Source: an uncultured bacterium (GTDB lineage Bacteria > Verrucomicrobiota > Kiritimatiellia > PWTM01). From it: 64,000 nt of DNA. The translations under genes and the position numbers were made by a program. The notes under the pieces are model-generated. The model made no database searches, was not told where the DNA came from, and saw nothing but the letters and a program-made list of their open reading frames with translations. Position 1 is the first letter of the stretch. Every line of letters starts with the position of its first letter. The stretch lies in contig CALLML010000057.1 of the NCBI GenBank assembly GCA_938005705.1, forward strand, positions 1,427 to 65,426. Direction: 5' to 3'. Shown piece after piece: positions 26,917 through 37,192 of the stretch.

Positions 26917-28266
26917 TTACCGTCGGGATCGCAGCTTGCCTTTCTTCAAGAAACCGTCGTAATGACGCATCAACAGATGGGATTCGATCTGCCGCATCGT
27001 ATCCAGCATGACGCCGACGATGATTAAAAGGCTCGTGCCGCCAAAAAATGAGGCAACCAGCCACGGAATCCCGAAATTACGCGCCATGACGGACGGAATC
27101 ACGGCGATAACAGTCAGAAATATAGCCCCTGACAGCGTGATACGCGTCATCGTCCGGTCCAAAAACTCCGCTGTAGGCGTGCCCGGACGAATCCCCGGTA
27201 CATAACCCCCGTACTTTTTCAGGTCATCCGCGATTTGGACGGGATTGAACTGCGTGGCGACCCAAAAATAAGAGAAAAAGAGAATCATCAACGCATACAG
27301 CAACATGTGCAAACCCGTGCCATAATCAAGCGAAGCACCCAGTTCCCGTGCCCACAGCCACGGCAAACGGTTTAACAAGCGAGGCGGAAACATCAGAATG
27401 GCCTGAGCAAAAATGATGGGCATGACACCCGCGTAATTAACCCGCAGCGGCATGTAGGTGCTCTGACCGCCATAGACCTTCCGTCCAACCACGCGTTTCG
27501 CATATTGCACAGGAATCTTGCGCTGAGCCTGCGTCATGGCGACCACCCCCGCAACGACCAGAAAGATCATGACGGCAAGCCCGATCAAATGAAAGACCGA
27601 GAACTGGGCAGTGCCGGACTCATCCGGCTTGAACAAATTGATTGCCGCGTGTATGGCACCCGGCAACCGGCTGACAATGCTGATCGTGATAATCAACGAA
27701 ATTCCATTGCCGATGCCGCGCTCTGTCATCTGTTCGCCGAGCCACATGATCAGCATTGTGCTGGTGGTCATCGTCATGATCGTCAGCGGCACGAAGCCGA
27801 ATCCGCCCATCGTTACGATCCGGCCGGGAATGCCTAACGCGGCGGGATTTTGGAGACTGACCGCGATCGCGCCGCCTTGAATGACACACAGTAAGAGCGT
27901 GAGATACCGCGTGTACTGCGTCAGCTTCTGGCGGCCGGCATCGCCCTCGCGCGCCAACCGCTCCAATTGCGGGATAACGGCAGTGAGCAGCTGGAGGATA
28001 ATGGAGGCGCTGATATACGGCATAATGCCCAGCGCGCCCACAGCACAATTCTGCAATGCCCCACCGCTGAACAGATCGTAAAGGCCTAGAAACCCGCCGC
28101 CCACCTCTCGCTGGATACCCCGGATAGCATCCTGTAAAGCGCCGGCATCCACACCGGGGGTCGGAATAACAGCGAGAATACGGCAGGCAAAGATCAAACC
28201 GAGTGTGAAGAAGATACGCTGCCGAAGGTCGGCGATCTTGAAACTATTGACAAAGGCAGAAAGCAT
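26917..28266 (-). CDS. secY: Preprotein translocase SecY
   Basis: FKIADLRQRIFFTLGLIFACRI... and a 10-TM protein. The start is the internal ATG (MLSAFVNSFK). Confidence 0.95.
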   Translation of the reverse strand: MLSAFVNSFKIADLRQRIFFTLGLIFACRILAVIPTPGVDAGALQDAIRGIQREVGGGFLGLYDLFSGGALQNCAVGALGIMPYISASIILQLLTAVIPQLERLAREGDAGRQKLTQYTRYLTLLLCVIQGGAIAVSLQNPAALGIPGRIVTMGGFGFVPLTIMTMTTSTMLIMWLGEQMTERGIGNGISLIITISIVSRLPGAIHAAINLFKPDESGTAQFSVFHLIGLAVMIFLVVAGVVAMTQAQRKIPVQYAKRVVGRKVYGGQSTYMPLRVNYAGVMPIIFAQAILMFPPRLLNRLPWLWARELGASLDYGTGLHMLLYALMILFFSYFWVATQFNPVQIADDLKKYGGYVPGIRPGTPTAEFLDRTMTRITLSGAIFLTVIAVIPSVMARNFGIPWLVASFFGGTSLLIIVGVMLDTMRQIESHLLMRHYDGFLKKGKLRSRR

Positions 28267-28273
28267 GGAGTGT

Positions 28274-28714
28274 TCAGATCGCCTCGCACCGGCCGCCAGC
28301 CGCCTCAATTTTTGCACGGGCGGAAGCACTGAACGCATGCGCCCTGACGACCAGCTTCTTCTTCAGTTCGCCGCCGCCCAAAATCTTCACTCCATCGGAC
28401 CGCCCACGAGCCAGCCCGACCCGAGCCAACATATCCGGCGTCACCTCCGTGCCTTCATCGAACTCATTCAACGCCCCGATGTTCACCACGTGATAGACGG
28501 TCTTCGATGGGTGGTTAAACCCCCGTTTCGGCAATCGCCGGATCAGCGGCATCTGACCGCCCTCAAAGGTCGGACGATATCCGCTGCCGGAGCGGGCATG
28601 CTGGCCCTTGTGGCCCCGACCGGCGGTCTTTCCCCACCCGGAGGCTTCACCGCGTCCTACGCGCTTCCGGCGCCGACGAGCGCCGGGTGCGCCTGTCAGA
28701 TTATGAAGATTCAT
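28274..28714 (-). CDS. rplO: 50S ribosomal protein L15
   Basis: [38 protein letters not shown]. Confidence 0.95.
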   Translation of the reverse strand: MNLHNLTGAPGARRRRKRVGRGEASGWGKTAGRGHKGQHARSGSGYRPTFEGGQMPLIRRLPKRGFNHPSKTVYHVVNIGALNEFDEGTEVTPDMLARVGLARGRSDGVKILGGGELKKKLVVRAHAFSASARAKIEAAGGRCEAI

Positions 28715-29253
28715 GGTTTGACTTCCGCAATAGGCGGCGCGGCGAGGCCGCGCAGCGCCTTGACTTCTTCATACGTTCGCAATTGGCGTAACGCCGCAAC
28801 GGTCGCCCGCGTGACGTTCAATGGGCTATGGCTCCCGAGCGACTTCGCCAAGACGTCTCGTACGCCGGCAAGTTCCAGAATAGCGCGCGCGGCGCCGCCG
28901 GCAATGACGCCCGTACCGGGCGATGCCGGTTTCAGCATAACGCATCCGCCGGACGATCGGCCGATCACTTCATGCCCGATAGTACGATCGCGTAGCTGGA
29001 CGGGGAACAGCGCCCGACGCGCCGCCTCCCCCCCCTTGCGGATCGCCTCCGACACTTCCCGCGCCTTGCCGAGGGCGTATCCGACATGCCCATTGCGATC
29101 GCCGACGACAACCAACGAACTGAAGCTGAAACGCCGGCCGCCTTTGACGACCTTGGCGCAGCGATTGACAAACACCACGCGTTCTTCGAGCCCCGACCCG
29201 TCGGTCACCGATTCCTCTTGCTCTCGATTTTTTCTGCTGTCCTTCCGTTGCAC
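28711..29253 (-). CDS. rpsE: 30S ribosomal protein S5
   Basis: [41 protein letters not shown]. There is no L30 gene between S5 and L15. Confidence 0.95.
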   Translation of the reverse strand: MQRKDSRKNREQEESVTDGSGLEERVVFVNRCAKVVKGGRRFSFSSLVVVGDRNGHVGYALGKAREVSEAIRKGGEAARRALFPVQLRDRTIGHEVIGRSSGGCVMLKPASPGTGVIAGGAARAILELAGVRDVLAKSLGSHSPLNVTRATVAALRQLRTYEEVKALRGLAAPPIAEVKP

Positions 29254-29275
29254 CGGTTATCGCTCCTTCATGCCT

Positions 29276-29644
29276 TCAGAATCGCAACCCCCCTTCGCGC
29301 GCGGCATCCGCCAAGGCCTGGATGCGCCCGCCGAAACGGAAGCCGCCACGATCGAACACCACCGTCCCGATGCCCTTTTCCTGGGCCACTCGGGCGGCCG
29401 CCGCACCGAGACGCTTTGCCAGGGCGATCGTCAATCTCCCCTGTCGCACTTCCGCTCGCATCTCCGCGCCTTGCGTCGAAATGGCCGCCAGCGTACGTTG
29501 CGCCACATCGTCGATAAATTGCACATACATATGGCGATCGGTCACGAACACACTCATCCGCGGCCGATCCGCCGTACCACGGACTTTCCGGCGCAACCGA
29601 AGATGGCGCCGTTGCCGATATTCCGCCTTGTTTTTTGGTCTCAT
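29276..29644 (-). CDS. rplR: 50S ribosomal protein L18
   Basis: RPRMSVFVTDRHMYVQFIDDVAQRTLAAIST. Confidence 0.95.
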   Translation of the reverse strand: MRPKNKAEYRQRRHLRLRRKVRGTADRPRMSVFVTDRHMYVQFIDDVAQRTLAAISTQGAEMRAEVRQGRLTIALAKRLGAAAARVAQEKGIGTVVFDRGGFRFGGRIQALADAAREGGLRF

Positions 29645-29646
29645 CG

Positions 29647-30186
29647 TTATGCCACGGTTTTGCCGGCCTTCCGCCGGACATGTTCACCCTTGTACCGCAC
29701 ACCCTTGCCCTTGTAGGGTTCAGCCTTATAAAAAGCGCGGATCCGAGCGCTCACTTCGCCGACCGCCTGCTTATTCACGCCCGAGACGACGATTTGCGTA
29801 CCGTCTCCCACTTCCACCGAGATCCCTTCCGGAGGCTCAAAAATAATCGGGTGAGAGTATCCCAGATGAAAGGTCACCTTCTGCCCCTGTTTCTGGGCTT
29901 TGAACCCCACACCTTGAATCTCGAGTTCTTTGCGATAGCCCTCGCAGACACCTCGGACCATATTGGCTAGCAGGCTTCGCACGGTCCCGTGCAACGCTTT
30001 CAGCCGTTCAACCTGCTCCTCACGGCGAGTAACGCGCACTTGACCGCCCTCGACGTGGACCATGATGCCGTCAGGCGCCCGCCATTGCAATTCGCCTTTG
30101 GGCCCTTTGACCTGCACGACCGCTCCATCAACTTTCACCGCCACGCCGACAGGCACCGGAATGGGTTTGAGGCCAATTCTTGACAT
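29647..30186 (-). CDS. rplF: 50S ribosomal protein L6
   Basis: MSRIGLKPIPVPVGVAVKVDGAVVQVKGPKGEL. Confidence 0.95.
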   Translation of the reverse strand: MSRIGLKPIPVPVGVAVKVDGAVVQVKGPKGELQWRAPDGIMVHVEGGQVRVTRREEQVERLKALHGTVRSLLANMVRGVCEGYRKELEIQGVGFKAQKQGQKVTFHLGYSHPIIFEPPEGISVEVGDGTQIVVSGVNKQAVGEVSARIRAFYKAEPYKGKGVRYKGEHVRRKAGKTVA

Positions 30187-30216
30187 ATGTGCTTTTCCTG
30201 CCTTCCTCAATTCGCG

Positions 30217-30615
30217 TCACCACACCTCACAGATCACTTCACCACCCACGTGAGACCGACGGGCTTGACGGTCGGTCATCACCCCGGCCGACGTCGTCAA
30301 AATAGCCAGACCGATACCGTTGAGTACGCGCGGCACATCCTTCGCGGACACATAACAACGGCGTCCGGGCCGGCTCACGCGGCGAATGCCGTGGATTAAC
30401 GGCGTTTCGTCAGGACCGTATTTCAGATAAATCCGCAGGTACCGGCGCGCACCCTGAGTTTCCGTGGTGAAGTCGGCAATAAAGCCTTCCTTTTTCAGAA
30501 TCTTTGCCAACTCCCCTTTGAGACGGGAATGGGCCACTTCAATCGCCGGCTTGCGCGCCGCATGCGCGTTGCGAATCCGGGTCAGCATATCCGCGATGGA
30601 ATCCGATGCGTTCAT
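30217..30615 (-). CDS. rpsH: 30S ribosomal protein S8
   Basis: MNASDSIADMLTRIRNAHAARKPAIEV. Confidence 0.95.
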   Translation of the reverse strand: MNASDSIADMLTRIRNAHAARKPAIEVAHSRLKGELAKILKKEGFIADFTTETQGARRYLRIYLKYGPDETPLIHGIRRVSRPGRRCYVSAKDVPRVLNGIGLAILTTSAGVMTDRQARRSHVGGEVICEVW

Positions 30616-30644
30616 AATCCCTTCACCTGTTCCGCGCCGCGATT

Positions 30645-30830
30645 TTACCAACTGGCCTTAATGACTCCGGGCAATCGGCCTTCGGAAGCCAATTCCCGGA
30701 AACAGATGCGACATAATTGAAATTTTCGTATATACGCGCGCCGGCGGCCGCATCGGCGACAACGATTGTACCGGCGGACGCGAAACTTCGGCGTCCGTTG
30801 CTGTTTGGCAATCAAAGATTTCTTAGCCAA
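30645..30830 (-). CDS. rpsZ: 30S ribosomal protein S14 type Z (zinc-binding), TTG start
   Basis: (M)[45 protein letters not shown] has the Cys-x2-Cys...Cys-x2-Cys arrangement. On the DNA, GGAGGA sits 6 nt upstream of the TTG at 30830. The longer track ORF (starting 30947) is non-S14 sequence upstream. Confidence 0.9.
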   Translation of the reverse strand: MAKKSLIAKQQRTPKFRVRRYNRCRRCGRRRAYIRKFQLCRICFRELASEGRLPGVIKASW

Positions 30831-30855
30831 CGTACGTCCTCCCATCCTTCGAGCG

Positions 30856-31395
30856 TCACTTTGCAAACGGCAGACCGAGCTGTTGCAATAAGTCGCGCGC
30901 CTCTTCATCCGACGCCGCGCTTGTGACGAACGTGATATCCATGCCATGCGCCCGGACAGATTGATCCGGATTCACCTCGGGAAAAACCGTATGGTCCCGA
31001 ATCCCCATCGTGTAATTGCCGCCGCCGTCGAACCCCCGCGCCGAAACGCCTCGAAAATCGCGGATGCGCGGCAGGGCAGCCGCCACGAGCCGTTCAAAAA
31101 ACTCATACATCCGATCGCCGCGCAGGGTGACCTTGGCGCCGATCGGCATGCCTTCGCGAAGCTTGAAATTGGAAATGCTCTTGCGCGCCTTTGTAACGAC
31201 GGCGCGCTGACCGGTGATGCGAGCCAGGTCTTCCGCCGCCGCCTTCAACGCGTCCCGATCAAAATCCGTCCCCACACACGTATTGACCACGATCTTGATC
31301 AGGCGCGGCACCTGCAGCGGATTGCGGTATCCGCGGGCCTTCATCATCGCGCCGACCACCTCGCGGCGATAATATTCTTTTAAACGAGCCGTCAT
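30856..31395 (-). CDS. rplE: 50S ribosomal protein L5
   Basis: [38 protein letters not shown]. Confidence 0.95.
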   Translation of the reverse strand: MTARLKEYYRREVVGAMMKARGYRNPLQVPRLIKIVVNTCVGTDFDRDALKAAAEDLARITGQRAVVTKARKSISNFKLREGMPIGAKVTLRGDRMYEFFERLVAAALPRIRDFRGVSARGFDGGGNYTMGIRDHTVFPEVNPDQSVRAHGMDITFVTSAASDEEARDLLQQLGLPFAK

Positions 31396-31427
31396 AAATC
31401 CGTATTCTCCTCGATCCCCCCAGGCGC

Positions 31428-31715
31428 TCACGTCGGCTTGTCCGTCTTCTTCTCCTCGCGCTCCGCTACCCGCGACAGATTGGAAAGGGCGATCGGGGCT
31501 TCCACCTCCACGATGCGGCCGTGGGGATGATCGGGACTCTTGCGGAGGTGTCGCTTGACCAAATTCAATCCCTCGACGAGAGCACGCCCCCGTTCCCGAT
31601 CCACTTGAAGAATTCGCCCCCGCTGACCCTTCGCATCCCCGGCGATTACCACCACCGGATCGCCCTTGCGCAGACGGGTCTTGACCCGTGTCCTGATCGA
31701 TCGTCGCTTCATCAC
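31428..31715 (-). CDS. rplX: 50S ribosomal protein L24
   Basis: [37 protein letters not shown] has the KOW motif. Confidence 0.95.
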   Translation of the reverse strand: MMKRRSIRTRVKTRLRKGDPVVVIAGDAKGQRGRILQVDRERGRALVEGLNLVKRHLRKSPDHPHGRIVEVEAPIALSNLSRVAEREEKKTDKPT

Positions 31716-32077
31716 ACCACCTCAGGCGCTAACGAGACGATTTTCATGAAGTTCTTCTCGCGCAACTCGCGCGCCACTGGACCGAAAATACGCGTACCGC
31801 GCGGATTCATCTGCTCGTCCACGATCACGACGGCATTGTGGTCAAACCGCAGCGTAGACCCATCTTTGCGGGCGATCGGATGTGTCGTGCGCACGACAAT
31901 CGCCCGATGGACTTCGCCCTTCTTCACCATTCCATGCGGCTGAGCCTCTTTGATCGTCACGCGAATTACGTCGCCAACATGGGCAAATGGTCGCGGATGG
32001 CCCAGCACGCGGATACACTGGGCGCGCTGCGCACCGGTGTTGTCCGCCACCTCCAGATTTGTCCTCAATGAAATCAC
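31712..32077 (-). CDS. rplN: 50S ribosomal protein L14
   Basis: [26 protein letters not shown]. Confidence 0.97.
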   Translation of the reverse strand: MISLRTNLEVADNTGAQRAQCIRVLGHPRPFAHVGDVIRVTIKEAQPHGMVKKGEVHRAIVVRTTHPIARKDGSTLRFDHNAVVIVDEQMNPRGTRIFGPVARELREKNFMKIVSLAPEVV

Positions 32078-32376
32078 GCCTGCGTCTCCTCGGCGGGCGT
32101 GCTCTTGGCCCGCCCCATCACCTCAATAATTCTCCATCGTTTCCATCGGCTCATGGGACGCGTCTCGACGATCCGGACGCGGTCCCCCTTGCGAGAGGCC
32201 TCCGTCTCGTCATGCGCATGAAACTTCGAACGCGCCCTCATCTCCTTACCGTAAAGAGGATGGCGATACCGATGCTCGACCTGCACTACGCGGGTCTTAG
32301 CCATCGTGTCGCTGACGACCGTGCCCACCATTTCCTTGCGACGGCCCCTTGTTCGAACCTCCGTACCCCCGCTCAT
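32074..32376 (-). CDS. rpsQ: 30S ribosomal protein S17
   Basis: [42 protein letters not shown]. Confidence 0.95.
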   Translation of the reverse strand: MSGGTEVRTRGRRKEMVGTVVSDTMAKTRVVQVEHRYRHPLYGKEMRARSKFHAHDETEASRKGDRVRIVETRPMSRWKRWRIIEVMGRAKSTPAEETQA

Positions 32377-32570
32377 GCGCCTTTCCTCCGACGTTCCGCT
32401 TCGATAGTCAGTATGCGTGCGCGCTCCCGGCGCAGTTCGCGGAGGCGCGACGGCTTCTCGAGCTGAGCCGTCGCCTGCTGCATACGGAGCGCAAACAATT
32501 CCTTTTCGGCATCACGCCTCTTTTGAAGCAGTTCCTCGTCCGTCATTTCCCTCAATTCTCTGGCCTTCAT
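32373..32570 (-). CDS. rpmC: 50S ribosomal protein L29
   Basis: MKARELREMTDEELLQKRRDAEKELFALRMQQATAQLEKPSRLRELRR is the internal-ATG product of the longer track ORF. Confidence 0.9.
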   Translation of the reverse strand: MKARELREMTDEELLQKRRDAEKELFALRMQQATAQLEKPSRLRELRRERARILTIEAERRRKGA

Positions 32571-32589
32571 GCCTTCACTCCAAACCCGA

Positions 32590-33000
32590 TCACCCCACGC
32601 CGTGCCGTTGTACGAACCGCGTGGGCACGGGCAGTTTAAACGCGGCCAGCCGTAGCGCCTCACGCGCCATGGTCTCGGTCACTCCGCCCATCTCGAATAA
32701 CATTGTGCCGGGCCGCACCACGGCCACCCAATGTTCAGTTGCGCCTTTTCCCTTCCCCATCCGCGTTTCAAGGGGCTTTTTCGAAATCGGCTTGTGCGGA
32801 AATATGCGCAACCATAGGCGCCCCTTCCGTTTCATGGCGCGGTTGATCGCCACCCGGCAGGCCTCGATCTGAGTCGCCGTGATCCACGCGCGACCCAGCG
32901 ACTGCAATCCGTACTCACCGAAAGCAATGGTGTTGCCGGCATAAGCATTGCCTTTCCGACTGCCGCGCTGCGATTTGCGATACTTCACTCGTTTAGGCAT
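32590..33000 (-). CDS. rplP: 50S ribosomal protein L16
   Basis: [35 protein letters not shown]. The start is set to the canonical Met and may be 9 nt upstream. Confidence 0.95.
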   Translation of the reverse strand: MPKRVKYRKSQRGSRKGNAYAGNTIAFGEYGLQSLGRAWITATQIEACRVAINRAMKRKGRLWLRIFPHKPISKKPLETRMGKGKGATEHWVAVVRPGTMLFEMGGVTETMAREALRLAAFKLPVPTRFVQRHGVG

Positions 33001-33673
33001 GAGCGGCATGAGACACCTCCTGCCGGTCCGTGGCACCCTCTCCGTGACAGATCCACACCTTCACGCCGATCTTGCCGGCAACGGTGTGCGCCTCGGCGAA
33101 TCCGTAATCAATGTTTTCACGGAGGGTATGCAGCGGCACCTTGCCCTCGCGGAGACTGTCGCGCCGAGCTAGTTCCGCCCCACCGAGCCGGCCCGAAAGA
33201 TGGATACGAATGCCTTGCGCGCCCAGCTCCATCGCCATCTGCGCCGCCCGTTTCATCGCGCGACGGAACGAAACACGCCGTTCGATCTGGGTCGCAATGC
33301 TTTCCGCCACCAGCTGGGCGTTTTTGTCGGCATCGCGCACTTCCCGAATTTCGATGTAAATTTCCTTCCCCGTCAGGCGAGCAATTTCCTCACGCAACCG
33401 ATCCACATCGGCGCCTTTCCGGCCGATCACGATGCCCGGCCGCGCGGTCAGGATCGTGATGCGCGCACGATTGGCATACCGCTCGATCAGCACTCGAGGA
33501 ACCGCCGCATCTTTCAGCCGCATCTTCACCAGATTCCAAATGCGATCGTCCTCTTGGACGAGCGCTCCGTATTCGCGCTTGTCGGCGAACCAGCGGGATC
33601 GCCAGTCTTTCGTAACCGTCACCCGCAAACCGATCGGATTGACCTTCTGACCCAAGTCCGGCTCCTTTCCCAA
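32993..33673 (-). CDS. rpsC: 30S ribosomal protein S3
   Basis: [29 protein letters not shown] (KH domain). Confidence 0.97.
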   Translation of the reverse strand: MGKEPDLGQKVNPIGLRVTVTKDWRSRWFADKREYGALVQEDDRIWNLVKMRLKDAAVPRVLIERYANRARITILTARPGIVIGRKGADVDRLREEIARLTGKEIYIEIREVRDADKNAQLVAESIATQIERRVSFRRAMKRAAQMAMELGAQGIRIHLSGRLGGAELARRDSLREGKVPLHTLRENIDYGFAEAHTVAGKIGVKVWICHGEGATDRQEVSHAAHA

Positions 33674-33681
33674 TAATCGGC

Positions 33682-34035
33682 CTACGTGCGCTTCTGCGCC
33701 CGAGGCTCATCCGTCAACACAATCACCATGTGACTTGTCCGCTTCAGAATCGGACTGGCCATGCCTCTGGACCGCGGCCAGTACCGTTTCAACGACGGCC
33801 CCGCATCCACCACTGCAGTCTTCACCCGCAGCCCATCCGCCGGGATATGATGAACATTTTCCGCATTTGCGATGGCCGACTTCAACGTCTTGCCGATCAA
33901 CCGGGCCGCTTTGCGCTCATTGACCTCCACCACCTGCAGCGCCTCGGTCACGGTGCGTCCCTGCAGGGCGCGAGCCAAGTCCCGTGCCTTTCTCGGCGAA
34001 ATCCTCACATATCTGGCTTTGGCTGTAATATCCAT
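33682..34035 (-). CDS. rplV: 50S ribosomal protein L22
   Basis: MDITAKARYVRISPRKARDLARALQGRTVTEALQVVE. Confidence 0.95.
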   Translation of the reverse strand: MDITAKARYVRISPRKARDLARALQGRTVTEALQVVEVNERKAARLIGKTLKSAIANAENVHHIPADGLRVKTAVVDAGPSLKRYWPRSRGMASPILKRTSHMVIVLTDEPRAQKRT

Positions 34036-34178
34036 GATCCCGTTTCATCCCATCTGCGGGTTCGCCCGGCGGGTTGACGGCTTGAAGATCCTTCGTGCCG
34101 TCACCGCTCTTTCCAGCGGCAGAAGCCCGGCATCCTATTCGCTCGACGGCTCAAGTCAAGCGGCAAACAACAACCCAC

Positions 34179-34463
34179 TTACTTGAGCGCCACCGTTTTA
34201 TCTGTTGCTGCGCCGTGTTTGCGGAACGTGCGCGTCGACGAAAATTCTCCCAGTTTATGCCCCACCATGTTCTCGGTCACGAATACCGACGTAAAGGTCC
34301 GGCCGTTGTGCACCAAGAAGGTGTGCCCCACGAATTCCGGCACAATCATCGAACGACGCGACCACGTGCGGATTTGCCGCCGCTCGCCGCTCTGGTTCAG
34401 CCGCTCGACTCGTTTCATCAGCTTCTCGTCAACGAAAGGACCCTTTTTGATTGAACGTGCCAT
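34179..34463 (-). CDS. rpsS: 30S ribosomal protein S19
   Basis: [55 protein letters not shown]. Confidence 0.97.
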   Translation of the reverse strand: MARSIKKGPFVDEKLMKRVERLNQSGERRQIRTWSRRSMIVPEFVGHTFLVHNGRTFTSVFVTENMVGHKLGEFSSTRTFRKHGAATDKTVALK

Positions 34464-34466
34464 GGC

Positions 34467-35294
34467 CTATTTCTTCCTCCGCTGAATGATGAAGCGATCC
34501 GAAGCACGCCTGGGCCGCCGGGTTTTTTTGCCCTTGGCCAGCTTGCCCCATGGCGAGACCGGGTGGCCGCCGCCGGACGTACGGCCTTCGCCGCCGCCCA
34601 TCGGGTGATCCACCGGATTCATCGCCACGCCGCGCACCGTAGGCCGTATACCCAGCCACCGCTTGCGCCCCGCCTTTCCCAGCGAAACGTTCTCATGCTC
34701 AATGTGCCCGACCTGACCGATCGTCGCGTAACAAGTTTCCGGCACACGCCGGATTTCCCCCGAGGGTAGGCGCAACGTTGCGTACCCGCCCTCGCGCGCC
34801 ATCAACTGCACCGTCTGGCCCGCGGCGCGCGCAATCTGGGCCCCGGCGCCCGGACGCAGCTCCACAGCGTGCAGCGGCAGCCCCGGCGGCACTTTCGACA
34901 ATGGCATTGCGTGACCAATGGCGGCCTCGGCGTTTTCGCCCGCCATCACCGTAGCGCCGACCTGCAAGCCCTCGGGCGCCAGAATGTACCGTTTTTCGCC
35001 ATCTGCGTACACTAGCAGGGCCAGTCGCGCCGAACGATTCGGATCGTACTCGATCGCGGCCACCCGCGCGGGGATACCCCTCTTGTCACGGCGAAAATCA
35101 ACCACACGGTACCGACGCTTATGGCCTCCCCCCCGATGACGAATCGTAATATGCCCCTGAGCGTTCCGGCCCGCACGGGATTTCATCGGACGCAACAGGC
35201 GCGCCTCCGGCTCGTGTTTCGTTATCTCGTCAAACGCCGGCAGCTCGGTGAATCGCCGGCTGGGCGTGTAAGGTTTGCTCTTTTTCAAAGACAT
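34467..35294 (-). CDS. rplB: 50S ribosomal protein L2
   Basis: [26 protein letters not shown]...[18 protein letters not shown]. Confidence 0.97.
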   Translation of the reverse strand: MSLKKSKPYTPSRRFTELPAFDEITKHEPEARLLRPMKSRAGRNAQGHITIRHRGGGHKRRYRVVDFRRDKRGIPARVAAIEYDPNRSARLALLVYADGEKRYILAPEGLQVGATVMAGENAEAAIGHAMPLSKVPPGLPLHAVELRPGAGAQIARAAGQTVQLMAREGGYATLRLPSGEIRRVPETCYATIGQVGHIEHENVSLGKAGRKRWLGIRPTVRGVAMNPVDHPMGGGEGRTSGGGHPVSPWGKLAKGKKTRRPRRASDRFIIQRRKK

Positions 35295-35304
35295 GATCTT
35301 TGCC

Positions 35305-35589
35305 TCACTGCAACGGGATACTGTCGCCTGCCTTTAACGTCACAACGGCCCGTTTCCAATCCGACGTCCGTCCAAAATTCGGCGTGCGTTCGCGTTTTTT
35401 CTTTCCCCCGCGCACCATCGTGTTGACTCCAACCACATGAACGTTAAACAGCTCCTCGACCGCGCGCCGGATGTCGGACTTGGTTGCGCGAGCGTCCACG
35501 TGAAATAAATACTTATTTTCTGCCTGCGTCAGGCGCGTGCTCTTTTCCGTCACCAACACTTTCCGAATCACCTGAGTGGCCGCTTTCAC
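35305..35589 (-). CDS. rplW: 50S ribosomal protein L23
   Basis: [42 protein letters not shown]. Confidence 0.95.
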   Translation of the reverse strand: MKAATQVIRKVLVTEKSTRLTQAENKYLFHVDARATKSDIRRAVEELFNVHVVGVNTMVRGGKKKRERTPNFGRTSDWKRAVVTLKAGDSIPLQ

Positions 35590-36230
35590 GCCGTCCTCCC
35601 CGCCGCCATTCGCAGACGGCCTTCAAGTGCTTCCATGGCCCCGCGCGTCGCGATCAGACGGGGCCATCGCAATACGTCATACGTGCTCACATCGGCGGCC
35701 GTGCGCACCTCCACTCGCGGGAGATTACGCGCCGCCCGCGCGAGCACGGGATCCACACGTTCCACGACGATGAGGACGCCCCGCTCCGCCTGCAGGCGCC
35801 GAACCACATCCGCCACATGTTTTGTCTTAGGCTCTGGCAGCGTCAGGTCTTCGACTAAGGCGACAGACCCCGCCGCGATTTTCTCGCTCAACGCACGCCG
35901 AAAAGCCAATCGCGCCGCTTTTTTCGGCAGGCGCAGGACGTAGTCCCGCGGCTTTGGTCCGAAGGCGACTCCGCCGCCGCGCCAGATCGGCGATCGGCGA
36001 TTTCCCGCGCGCGCGCGTCCCGTGCCCTTCTGCCGCCAAGGCTTTTTGTTGCTGCCAGCCACCTCTCCCTTGCGCAAGGTCGAGGCCGTACCCGCACGCA
36101 CCGCCGCGCGATGGGCGACAACCGCCGCATGCACCGCCGGACCGCCCTTATCCCACACGAGCAGCTCATCGGCGACTTCCCACTCGCCGCGAGGCTCACC
36201 CGCTAGATTCATAACCGGTATCTTGCTCAT
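35586..36230 (-). CDS. rplD: 50S ribosomal protein L4
   Basis: [39 protein letters not shown]. Confidence 0.95.
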   Translation of the reverse strand: MSKIPVMNLAGEPRGEWEVADELLVWDKGGPAVHAAVVAHRAAVRAGTASTLRKGEVAGSNKKPWRQKGTGRARAGNRRSPIWRGGGVAFGPKPRDYVLRLPKKAARLAFRRALSEKIAAGSVALVEDLTLPEPKTKHVADVVRRLQAERGVLIVVERVDPVLARAARNLPRVEVRTAADVSTYDVLRWPRLIATRGAMEALEGRLRMAAGRTA

Positions 36231-36874
36231 GACGCTTTCATCGCCTTCTTCAATGCCTTGCGCACCCGAACAATACCGCCCACCGGACCTGGCACCGATC
36301 CTTCCACGAGGAGCGCATGGTCTTCGGGTCGCAGCGCAACGATCCGTAGGTTCTGGGTCGTGACGCGCACGCCTCCCATATGGCCGGGCATCCGCTTGTT
36401 TTTCAGAATGCGACCCGGCTCCTCGCGCATGCCGACCGAACCCGGTCGACGATGCATGGTATGCCCGTGAGCCGCCGGCTGGCCGGCCATTCCATGCCGT
36501 TTCATCACGCCCTGAAAACCCCGTCCTTTGGTTACGGCCGTAATGTCTACATAGCCCCCAACCTCGAAAATCGCCGCCGTTACCTCCTGTCCCGGAGCCA
36601 CGGGATCATCATTCGGCACCCGCACTTCAGCCAAATGGCGTTGCGGCACCACCCCGGCCTTCTTGAATCGCCCCCTGGCGGCTTTGCTTAACCCGCCTTC
36701 TCGGCGGGCGGCGAAACCCAACTGTACGGCGCTGTAGCCGTCTCGTTCGACGGTCTTTCGCTGCACAACCATGCACGGCCCCGCCTCGATCACTGTGACC
36801 GGAACCTGCCGTCCGTCGGCGTCGTACACGCGGGTCATCCCCAATTTTCTGCCCAGCAACTCATTCATGCTCAC
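36227..36874 (-). CDS. rplC: 50S ribosomal protein L3
   Basis: [35 protein letters not shown]. Confidence 0.97.
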   Translation of the reverse strand: MSMNELLGRKLGMTRVYDADGRQVPVTVIEAGPCMVVQRKTVERDGYSAVQLGFAARREGGLSKAARGRFKKAGVVPQRHLAEVRVPNDDPVAPGQEVTAAIFEVGGYVDITAVTKGRGFQGVMKRHGMAGQPAAHGHTMHRRPGSVGMREEPGRILKNKRMPGHMGGVRVTTQNLRIVALRPEDHALLVEGSVPGPVGGIVRVRKALKKAMKAS

Positions 36875-37179
36875 ACCCGGATCATGATGTCCACACCCGC
36901 CGGCAGGTTGAGTTTTTTCAGCTCGTCCACCGTGCGTGCGGTCGGTTCGATGATATCCAGCACCCTTTTGTGCGTTCGGATTTCAAACTGCTCCATGGAT
37001 TTCTTGTCCGCGTGCGGACTTCGGTTGACCGTATAACGCTCCACGCGGGTCGGGAGCGGAATCGGGCCGGCGACGCGCGCGCCCGTCCGTTTGGCTGTCT
37101 CCACAATTTCCCGGGTGGACTGATCGAGCACCCGGTAGTCATACCCTCTCAATCGAATGCGTATGCGTTGCCCACTCAT
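36871..37179 (-). CDS. rpsJ: 30S ribosomal protein S10
   Basis: [56 protein letters not shown] is the internal ATG of the track ORF (36871-37308). The upstream 43 codons overlap the fusA end and are not S10-like. Confidence 0.92.
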   Translation of the reverse strand: MSGQRIRIRLRGYDYRVLDQSTREIVETAKRTGARVAGPIPLPTRVERYTVNRSPHADKKSMEQFEIRTHKRVLDIIEPTARTVDELKKLNLPAGVDIMIRV

Positions 37180-37192
37180 GCTGTTCCGCCTT

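Noticed and set aside
28205-29716. 503-aa plus-strand ORF spanning the L15/S5/L18 region
   Set aside because: It is antisense to three ribosomal-protein genes and its composition is low-complexity.
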